DNA from: Candidatus Woesearchaeota archaeon
Lineage (GTDB): Archaea; Nanobdellota; Nanobdellia; Pacearchaeales; GW2011-AR1
DNA length: 9,889 bases
Assembly (NCBI GenBank): GCA_964520275.1
Contig: CAZFNY010000016.1
Span: 1-9,889 of the forward strand
Reading direction: 5' to 3'
Position 1 is the first letter of the stretch, and each line of letters begins with the position of its first letter. The notes under the pieces are model-generated. The model saw only the letters and a list, made by a program, of their open reading frames with translations. It was not told the DNA's origin and did not search any database. Shown piece by piece: positions 1-4,914 of this stretch. The position numbers and the translations under genes were made by a program.

Positions 1-2
1 AG

Positions 3-20
3 AAAGATAATATTATCTTT
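3..20. repeat. Perfect 18-bp palindrome AAAGATAATATTATCTTT, followed by a GGTGA-N10-TCACC inverted repeat (21-40)
   Basis: Read directly; the reverse complement is identical. It lies about 100 bp upstream of the TATA box of the 151 gene, at the window edge. Confidence 0.6.
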
Positions 21-121
21 GGTGATTATAGGAATTCACCAAAGCCTGAAATAGTAATCTATTTTTTAAGGTAAACTTTTGTAAGTATATTCTAGCAAAT
101 CTATTTAAATTCACAGAAAAG

Positions 122-129
122 TTTATAAA
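122..129 (+). promoter_or_regulatory. TATA box TTTATAAA for the PRC-barrel gene (leaderless geometry)
   Basis: Archaeal TATA consensus centred about 26 nt upstream of the ATG at 151. No SD sequence is present. Confidence 0.45.
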
Positions 130-150
130 TAAATTATATGTTAACTTACT

Positions 151-411
151 ATGCAAGATAACAAAAACCCTTACAGTGCTATTATCGGAAAAATGATAGT
201 GACTAAAGAGGGGAAAAGACTAGGATTTGTTAAAGACATAACCTTTGAAACACGGTCAGGAGAGATAATAAGCTTAGTTGTAAAAGACGCAACACCTTAT
301 ACAAGGACTCTTAATCTTGAAAAGACTTCTTCAAGCGATTTTTTGATACCTTACAGTGCAATAATCGCAATAGGTGATTTTGTGATAGTTTCAGAAGAAG
401 ACTTAATTTAA
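151..411 (+). CDS. Small stand-alone PRC-barrel domain protein (86 aa)
   Basis: The segment GKMIVTKEGKRLGFVKDITFETRSGEIISLVV plus the C-terminal IPYSAIIAIGDFVIV is a typical PRC beta-barrel signature. The gene has its own TATA box and a TAA stop. Confidence 0.7.
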   Translation: MQDNKNPYSAIIGKMIVTKEGKRLGFVKDITFETRSGEIISLVVKDATPYTRTLNLEKTSSSDFLIPYSAIIAIGDFVIVSEEDLI

Positions 412-456
412 ATTCTATATACAAATATTTAAAAACACTTTTGCAATTTTATTAAA

Positions 457-873
457 ATGAAGCTTTTGGGATTTAACTTTGACAAGGTTTATGCAGAAAA
501 ACTTTCTAGCAAAGCAGAAAACCTTAGTGTTAATTCCAAAATTGACATACCTGAGATAGTTCAGGCAAAAGCAGATTTCTTTAATACTCCTGAAGAAATA
601 TTGGGAATTAAATTTGTATTTGGCCTTGAATACGCCCCTGATTTTGCCAAAATAGAACTTTCTGGAAGTATGCTCATCGCACTTGACCCAAAAATAGCAA
701 AAGAAGTATTAAAACAATGGAAAGATAAAAAAGAGACTCCAGAAGACTTTAGGGTGTTCTTATTCAATATTATTCTCAAAAAATCAACACTTAAGGCACT
801 GCAGCTTGAAGAAGAACTTAATATTCCACTACATATGCAATTACCCTCGCTAAAAAAGCAAGAGAAATCCTAA
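457..873 (+). CDS. Hypothetical protein (138 aa), no family recognised
   Basis: Long ORF in an AT-rich background. TATTTAAAA at 426-434 lies about 27 nt upstream of the ATG. The antisense ORF 561-779 looks like a shadow ORF. Confidence 0.55.
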   Translation: MKLLGFNFDKVYAEKLSSKAENLSVNSKIDIPEIVQAKADFFNTPEEILGIKFVFGLEYAPDFAKIELSGSMLIALDPKIAKEVLKQWKDKKETPEDFRVFLFNIILKKSTLKALQLEEELNIPLHMQLPSLKKQEKS

Positions 874-884
874 TTCTGAAAACC

Positions 885-894
885 TTTATATAAA
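885..894 (+). promoter_or_regulatory. TATA box TTTATATAAA for the 914 gene
   Basis: Centred about 25 nt upstream of the ATG at 914. Confidence 0.45.
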
Positions 895-913
895 CCCCTT
901 TCTTTGTAAATTC

Positions 914-1210
914 ATGCGTATTTCTAAAGAAAAAAAAGATAAGATTGCCGAGCAGATTTTGGCTTTTTTATATTCCACTACCCCCAAACCAATGTTTACA
1001 TCTTATATTGCTAAAGAAATTGCAAGAGATGAAGAGTTCACTAAGAAGATACTTCTCGATTTATTCTCTAAAAAGCTCATTATAGAAGTTAAAAAAAATC
1101 CTTCTGGCAAACAATATATCAAACGATCTAGATGGAAACTCAGCGAGATAGCTTACCAATCCTACAAAAAGAGTCAAGAAAATAATAATAGTTATATCCC
1201 ACCATATTAA
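914..1210 (+). CDS. Small winged-helix DNA-binding protein (98 aa)
   Basis: The segment KIAEQILAFLYS...FTSYIAKEIARDEEFTKKILLDLFSKKLIIEVKKNPSGKQYIKRSRWKL has the helix-turn-helix plus beta-wing pattern of MarR/TrmB-like wHTH domains. Confidence 0.5.
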   Translation: MRISKEKKDKIAEQILAFLYSTTPKPMFTSYIAKEIARDEEFTKKILLDLFSKKLIIEVKKNPSGKQYIKRSRWKLSEIAYQSYKKSQENNNSYIPPY

Positions 1211-1212
1211 AC

Positions 1213-1221
1213 TTTTTATAC
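1213..1221 (+). promoter_or_regulatory. TATA box TTTTTATAC for the 1242 gene
   Basis: Centred about 25 nt upstream of the ATG at 1242. Confidence 0.4.
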
Positions 1222-1241
1222 TTCTATAATATCTTCTCTGT

Positions 1242-1973
1242 ATGGATCAAATAAGAGAGGCGTTTCAAAAGGTTAGAGACAATATTAATAATTTAACTTA
1301 CGAAATAGATTCCTTAAAAATAAGCCTAGCAGAAGTTAATTGGAGGCTCTCTAGATTAACAGACGAAATAAAAAGCTTTGTATTTCAACATTCAAATCAA
1401 CCTCAAGACAGCCATTTTACAGGACAATCCATTCCAACACATATCCCACAAATCCCAACACACCCAACACATTCTTCGACAGATAATTTCCATTTTAAGC
1501 CTCAAAAAGCCCAAAATTGGGTTATTTCCACAGGAAATGAAGGGGTTCCAACAGACAGACAGACAGACCAACAGACAGACAGACACACCAGAATACCTCC
1601 ATTTATCCAAGAAAAAACAAACCCCATTCAATCCAAAAACTCTTTGGCAAACGCTTCTGAAATTATTAATTCTCTCAACTCTCTTAAAAAAGAGATACGT
1701 CTCAAATTTAAACGGCTTACTGAGAGAGAGATTCTTGTGTTCTCTACACTCTATCAACTCGACGAGGAAAGAGGGTTTGCTGACTATAAATCCCTCGCCC
1801 AAAAACTTAATCTTACTGAAAGCTCTATTAGAGATTATGTTGGCCGGCTTATAGTCAAGGGAATTCCCGTCGATAAAACCAAATTGAATAACAAAAACAT
1901 CCAATTGAATATTCCAGAAGCCCTTAAACAAACAGCCTCTCTTTCCACAATTTTACAACTTCGAGATCTTTAA
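1242..1973 (+). CDS. Coiled-coil / low-complexity repeat linker / C-terminal TrmB-like wHTH protein (243 aa); paralog of 2277-2915
   Basis: N-terminal heptad-like segment (IREAFQKVRDNINNLTYEIDSLKISLAEVNWRLSRLTDEIKSF). Linker with IPTHIPQIPTHPTH and TDRQTDQQTDRHT repeats. C-terminal LTEREILVFSTLYQLDEERGFADYKSLAQKLNLTESSIRDYVGRLIVKGIPV is a wHTH. Confidence 0.65.
   Translation: MDQIREAFQKVRDNINNLTYEIDSLKISLAEVNWRLSRLTDEIKSFVFQHSNQPQDSHFTGQSIPTHIPQIPTHPTHSSTDNFHFKPQKAQNWVISTGNEGVPTDRQTDQQTDRHTRIPPFIQEKTNPIQSKNSLANASEIINSLNSLKKEIRLKFKRLTEREILVFSTLYQLDEERGFADYKSLAQKLNLTESSIRDYVGRLIVKGIPVDKTKLNNKNIQLNIPEALKQTASLSTILQLRDL
1434..1470 (+). repeat. CCAACAC x3 (1434-1440, 1455-1461, 1464-1470) inside the CDS linker
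   Basis: Read directly; encodes the PTH-rich peptide repeats. Confidence 0.7.
1548..1588 (+). repeat. Tetranucleotide microsatellite: CCA(ACAG)4AC followed by CCA(ACAG)3AC, inside the CDS linker
   Basis: The sequence ccaACAGACAGACAGACAGACccaACAGACAGACAGACacacc was read directly. It encodes TDRQTDQQTDRHT. Confidence 0.85.
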
Positions 1974-1978
1974 TCTAC

Positions 1979-1983
1979 TTTTT
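1979..1983 (+). terminator. Oligo-T tract just after the 1242-1973 stop, first of many T5-T7 runs through 1974-2276
   Basis: Archaeal termination commonly uses oligo-T. The + strand of 1974-2276 is strongly T-rich. Confidence 0.3.
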
Positions 1984-2276
1984 CGTCCAAACGAATATCT
2001 TCTCTTTCAAGCCCATTAGTTTTTATTCTCGTCTTTCTGTTAAAATTTAGCCTTTTTAAGCCCCTATTTGCTTAATTTTTGGCCTTCTTTTTTCTTATTT
2101 TTGGGTTATTTATTTTTTTATACTCACTTTTAACGTTTTAACCATGATTCTTTAATTCTCCTTTCCAGCATTTATCCATTTTTTTGATGTTTTTTATAAT
2201 TTTTATTTAATTTTAACTCTCACTTTTCGTTTTTTAACACTGTTTTTTCACTGTTTTTCTCACACCTTTCGGATTT

Positions 2277-2915
2277 TTACACTTTTTCTTCATTTTTCTC
2301 TGTTTTTTCAGGCTTTCTGCTACTACCTATCTTAACTTTCACTTTTGATTTTTTTAGTATTTTCTCCTTCATATCTTCTTCAATATAAACTCTCTTTTTT
2401 CCATTCTTTTCAACCACCTCTAATATCAACCCCTCACTTTTCTGTTTTATGCTGTTTATTTGCCCCCTTATAGTTGATCTCTCTTTTCCAAGCATAGCCG
2501 CTAGATCATCATAACTAAGCCTCATCTCTGAATTTAATAATACCCATAAGATTGCCCTTTCAGTAACAGAAAATTGGTCTAATTTTGATGTTTGAACACC
2601 TGTTTGAACACCTGTTTGAACAGCATAAACAGCTGTTTGTTTATCCCAAACACCTCTGGGTGTTTTAAACACCCTTGCAGGCTTCAATTCATTCATCATT
2701 GCAAGAACATTTTTCAATCCTTCCACTTCTCCCTGAATCGACGACAAAACCTCGTTTAAGTCTTCAATCTGTCTTTGTTGTAAATTTTTTTCAGAATTAA
2801 GGTGTTTGATCCAGCCAGTAACAGCAGTAATATCTTTTTTTACACTTTCAAAACTTTTTTTTGTGTCTTCTTCAACACGTCCTACATCTCCTTTTTTGAA
2901 CAGCCATCCAAACAT
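2277..2915 (-). CDS. Coiled-coil / repeat linker / C-terminal wHTH protein (212 aa); paralog of 1242-1973, convergent with it
   Basis: Same architecture as 1242-1973. N-terminal SFESVKKDITAVTGWI aligns with AFQKVRDNINNLTYEI of the paralog, followed by a coiled coil (QIEDLNEVLSSIQGEVEGLKNVL). Linker is VQTGVQTGVQT. The wHTH is VTERAILWVLLNSEMRLSYDDLAAMLGKERSTIRGQINSIKQK, followed by a K/E-rich tail. Confidence 0.65.
   Translation of the reverse strand: MFGWLFKKGDVGRVEEDTKKSFESVKKDITAVTGWIKHLNSEKNLQQRQIEDLNEVLSSIQGEVEGLKNVLAMMNELKPARVFKTPRGVWDKQTAVYAVQTGVQTGVQTSKLDQFSVTERAILWVLLNSEMRLSYDDLAAMLGKERSTIRGQINSIKQKSEGLILEVVEKNGKKRVYIEEDMKEKILKKSKVKVKIGSSRKPEKTEKNEEKV
2589..2624. repeat. 12-bp tandem repeat x3 (TGTTTGAACACC, TGTTTGAACACC, TGTTTGAACAGC) inside the CDS
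   Basis: Read directly; encodes (VQTG)n on the minus strand. Each unit carries the TGTT-NN-AACA dyad seen in the upstream iteron field. Confidence 0.9.
2627..2673. repeat. Intragenic motif cluster: perfect palindrome AAACAGCTGTTT (2627-2638) and AAACACC-tctg-GGTGTTT-t-AAACACC (2648-2673)
   Basis: Read directly; same motif family as 2925-3206. Confidence 0.85.
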
Positions 2916-2924
2916 ACTTTCCCT

Positions 2925-3206
2925 AAAACACCCCCATTTAAAAATCTTTTGTTTTTACGTCGAAAATTTTTCCACTAAAACAGAGAAAAACACTAAAATT
3001 ATCTATCGAAGCCCCTGTTTTTCCTATGGAAAACCCTGGCTGTTTGAAATTTATTTTTTTGGAAAACAGCCTGTTTAAACAGCCACAAACACTTTCAAAC
3101 ACCCAAACAGCAAAAACACCCCCTAAAAACACTCGTTCAAATTACTCTCTCTGCAGTTTTTCTCTCGTCGACAACTAACACAAACAGCTGTTTAAACACC
3201 CCCCCC
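2925..3206. repeat. Non-coding iteron field, G-poor on the + strand. Many AAACA[C/G]C copies, the palindromes CTGTTTAAACAG (3071-3082) and AAACAGCTGTTT (3182-3193), and three direct AAACACCCCC copies (2926-2935, 3114-3123, 3194-3203, the last extended to C8)
   Basis: Read directly. The two annotated ORFs here (2806-3078 +, 2938-3132 -) have junk-like translations. Confidence 0.8.
2936..2945 (-). promoter_or_regulatory. TATA box (minus strand ATTTTTAAAT) for the 2277-2915 gene; a GGGGGTGTTT motif lies between the TATA box and the ATG
   Basis: Centred about 26 nt upstream of the ATG at 2915. The iteron copy at 2925-2935 occupies the expected transcription start region, which is an operator-like position. 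Confidence 0.4.
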
Positions 3207-3242
3207 AAACAAGCATAAACCATCAGATAAGGATTGTGTTAA

Positions 3243-3250
3243 ATTTATAA
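3243..3250 (+). promoter_or_regulatory. TATA box ATTTATAA for the 3273 ORF
   Basis: Centred about 26 nt upstream of the ATG at 3273. Confidence 0.4.
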
Positions 3251-3272
3251 GCAAGATTTTCCCTTAAAATCT

Positions 3273-3524
3273 ATGAAAAAGATAGTGAGGTTTGAGGATA
3301 TTGCAAGATATGAATCTTTTATTTTTGTCGGTTTGTTGATGACAATAGGAACAACAATAAAACTAGCTTGAGTCTATGATTTTTCTTCAGACTGGTTCTG
3401 GCTTATTGCAGGACTTGGATTGGTCGTTGAAGGCTCAATCTCTCTAATAAAACAGAAAAGATTTGATAAAAAATATAAGCTTATTGATGTTGGAAGTGAA
3501 GAGTATAAAAAGATTTATTCTTAA
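3273..3524 (+). pseudogene. Small two-TM membrane protein ORF (83 codons) interrupted by an in-frame TGA at 3369-3371
   Basis: Hand translation gives MKKIVRFEDIARYESFIFVGLLMTIGTTIKLA*VYDFSSDWFWLIAGLGLVVEGSISLIKQKRFDKKYKLIDVGSEEYKKIYS*. There are hydrophobic helices on both sides of the stop, and TGG to TGA is a single change. Confidence 0.4.
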
Positions 3525-3544
3525 AACACTAAAAATAATGGCCG

Positions 3545-3567
3545 TTCACTAAGTTAACCCAAGTGCA
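3545..3567 (+). repeat. Direct repeat copy A: TTCACTAAGTTAACCCAAGTGCA
   Basis: 21/23 identical to copy B. It starts 21 nt after the 3273-3524 stop. Confidence 0.85.
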
Positions 3568-3576
3568 AAAGAAAGC

Positions 3577-3584
3577 TTTATAAT
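3577..3584 (+). promoter_or_regulatory. TATA box TTTATAAT, plus a GGAGG Shine-Dalgarno at 3629-3633, for the 3640 ORF
   Basis: The TATA box lies about 60 nt upstream of the ATG. GGAGG lies 6 nt upstream of the ATG. This is the only clearly SD-led gene in the accessory region. Confidence 0.45.
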
Positions 3585-3639
3585 CTATATTTGCCTTAAA
3601 AGATTAACATTAACTAAATGTTAAAAAAGGAGGTTGAAA

Positions 3640-3807
3640 ATGGCAAAATTAACTGCCTGGCTGATAACACTTGTAGGTGTGCTTTTGATATTACCTTTGC
3701 TTAAGGTAGATATTGGAGCAAGTCTAAGTGCCTGGCTAATTGCATTGGCTTGGTTAATTATTGGTATAAGCAAGCTCATGCGAAACTACGGCAAAAAGAA
3801 GAAATAA
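3640..3807 (+). CDS. Small two-TM membrane protein (55 aa), below the ORF-track length cutoff
   Basis: Hand translation gives MAKLTAWLITLVGVLLILPLLKVDIGASLSAWLIALAWLIIGISKLMRNYGKKKK*. It has a strong SD, two hydrophobic helices and a basic C-terminus. Confidence 0.55.
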   Translation: MAKLTAWLITLVGVLLILPLLKVDIGASLSAWLIALAWLIIGISKLMRNYGKKKK

Positions 3808-3813
3808 ATTTAA

Positions 3814-3841
3814 TTTTTAATTAATCTTTTTCTATTTTATT
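3814..3841 (+). terminator. Oligo-T tracts (T5 at 3814-3818 and 3837-3841) after the 3640-3807 ORF
   Basis: Read directly; archaeal-type oligo-T termination signals. Confidence 0.3.
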
Positions 3842-3905
3842 CTCCTATCTTTTTAATTTATCATTTCCATACTTTTAGTTCTATTTTTCCACTTTCTTTT
3901 ATCCT

Positions 3906-3928
3906 TTCACTAAGCTAACCTAAGTGCA
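3906..3928 (+). repeat. Direct repeat copy B: TTCACTAAGCTAACCTAAGTGCA
   Basis: The arms TTCACTAA / TAAGTGCA are 6/8 complementary around the 7-nt spacer GCTAACC. Homology to copy A resumes at GCAAAAGAAA (3944-3953 versus 3565-3574). Confidence 0.85.
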
Positions 3929-3942
3929 CAACCCACATCATG

Positions 3943-3971
3943 CCGCAAAAGAAATAGCAAAAATTTTGCGG
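3943..3971 (+). other. Hairpin CCGCAAAA-N13-TTTTGCGG
   Basis: 8-bp perfect inverted repeat read directly, immediately after repeat copy B. Confidence 0.6.
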
Positions 3972-4020
3972 GAAAAATTAGAAAATTATCAAAAATTTCA
4001 AAATATTACAAAATATCACA
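3971..4020. repeat. Five phased A-tracts with exact 10-bp periodicity (ggaaaaatta gaaaattatc aaaaatttca aaatattaca aaatatcaca)
   Basis: Read directly. This is the hallmark of intrinsically curved DNA. It abuts the TATA-like ATTTTTAAAA at 4022-4031. Confidence 0.7.
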
Positions 4021-4054
4021 GATATTTTTAAAAAGTCTATTCATGAGATTAAAT

Positions 4055-4322
4055 AATGAGTTTTAAAGAAGATTTAGAAAAAAATGAGATTATAGGAAAA
4101 TTTTATATTTATTCTTAATCTCTGTTTCCAAGAATCATTTATAGGGTTGAAAGCCAATATGAAGATAGATTAGAACGTTTTCCTGAAATAAGACTTCCAA
4201 GAATAAGAGGTTCTTTGTTTGATTCTAGGTCTGGTCAATTTCTTGGAAAGGGAGTTAAGGAGTTGTCACACTGTCTTAAGGATCAAAATGCCCCAGAAGA
4301 TTTTAAACCAAAGCCAGAATAA
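4055..4322 (+). pseudogene. Decayed ORF remnant: a 10-codon start fragment, a frameshift at an A8 run (4077-4084), an in-frame TAA (4116-4118), then a 67-codon open frame without a start codon (4119-4322)
   Basis: Hand translation of the tail gives SLFPRIIYRVESQYEDRLERFPEIRLPRIRGSLFDSRSGQFLGKGVKELSHCLKDQNAPEDFKPKPE*. No family was recognised. Confidence 0.25.
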
Positions 4323-4326
4323 TCCT

Positions 4327-4349
4327 TTCACTTTCCTTACCTTAGTTCA
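4327..4349 (+). repeat. Direct repeat copy C (diverged): TTCACTTTCCTTACCTTAGTTCA
   Basis: Including flanks (ATCCTTTCACT...CACAA, 4322-4352) it is 25/31 identical to copy B. It begins right at the stop of the 4119-4322 remnant. Confidence 0.65.
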
Positions 4350-4442
4350 CAAAAATACAACCTTCCTCTGAAAAACCGGTTTTATGTGTAAAAACTTCCC
4401 CTAATACTGATTAGAAGAGGTTCTTTGAATATATAGCCGAAA

Positions 4443-4452
4443 AGTATTTATT
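4443..4452 (+). promoter_or_regulatory. TATA-like AGTATTTATT for the HNH/recombinase operon
   Basis: Centred about 26 nt upstream of the ATG at 4474. Confidence 0.35.
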
Positions 4453-4473
4453 CTCCAAATTCTTGATTTAAAT

Positions 4474-4914
4474 ATGGTTATTATTAAATGCAATAGTTGT
4501 GGAAAAGAAACATTCAATCATTCAAAGGGGCTGTGTATTACTTGCTACAAAAAATTAAAATGGAAACCCAAGACGATTATATGTAAAAGATGCAACCAAG
4601 AGAAACCCCATCATGCAAAAGGATATTGTAAAAATTGTTCAAACATATTATTTCATTATGATTTAATCAAAAAACACAATTATAGGAAATGGCATAATAT
4701 AGAGTTGGATTATTATAATAAAATTACCCAGAAATGCGTACTCTGTGGTTTTGACAAAGCTGTAGATTTACACCATTTAGACCAAAATAAAAAGAATAAT
4801 TCAGAGTCTAATCTAATTGGATTATGTCCAAATCACCATAAAATAATTCACCTGCAAGAATATAAAGACAAGATGTTAAAACTTATAGAGAAAAAGAGGA
4901 AGGTAGATTTATGA
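4474..4914 (+). CDS. Tandem zinc-ribbon plus HNH endonuclease domain protein (146 aa)
   Basis: Two copies of C-x2-C-x8-KG-x-C-x2-C (C6/C9/C21/C24 and C37/C40/C52/C55). The C-terminal CVLCG...DLHHLD...N...NLIGLCPNHHKIIH is a classic HNH beta-beta-alpha-metal motif. Its TGA stop overlaps the next ATG (ATGATG). Confidence 0.75.
   Translation: MVIIKCNSCGKETFNHSKGLCITCYKKLKWKPKTIICKRCNQEKPHHAKGYCKNCSNILFHYDLIKKHNYRKWHNIELDYYNKITQKCVLCGFDKAVDLHHLDQNKKNNSESNLIGLCPNHHKIIHLQEYKDKMLKLIEKKRKVDL

Noticed and set aside
561-779. Antisense ORFs 561-779, 5000-5266, 5870-6109, 8488-8850 and 9394-9591
   Set aside because: Each lies fully antisense to (or, for 9394-9591, across) a better-supported gene or the tRNA. 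They have biased, low-complexity translations and are typical shadow ORFs.
1378-1931. Long alternative-frame ORFs (1378-1854 +, 158 aa; 1392-1931 -, 179 aa) overlapping the 1242-1973 gene as possible overlapping genes
   Set aside because: It is unusual for three frames to be open in AT-rich DNA, but the region is CA-rich and stop-poor. The alternative translations are low-complexity with no recognisable domain, promoter or start context. The 1242 frame, in contrast, has a clear coiled coil and wHTH. I treated them as shadow ORFs.
2806-3132. ORFs 2806-3078 (+) and 2938-3132 (-) in the iteron field
   Set aside because: The translations are junk-like (F/S/C-rich). They overlap each other and the 2277-2915 start and promoter, and they are explained by the stop-poor C/A-rich repeats.
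2925-3206. Asserting that this is the chromosomal replication origin (ORB elements)
   Set aside because: The dyad + G-string resemblance is loose, and all three C-run copies are direct rather than inverted around a DUE. No orc1/cdc6 gene is in the window. I kept it as one hypothesis among several for the iteron field.
3545-4349. Could the three direct repeats be a CRISPR array?
   Set aside because: The spacing of 361 and 421 bp is far longer than CRISPR spacers. The intervals contain promoter-equipped ORFs, the third copy is strongly diverged, and no cas genes are present.
4205-4427. Exact 13-mer AAGAGGTTCTTTG at 4205-4217 and 4415-4427, flanking repeat copy C, as a possible target-site duplication
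   Set aside because: A single 13-nt match within about 10 kb of compositionally biased DNA is roughly what chance predicts. The flanking sequence shows no extended homology.
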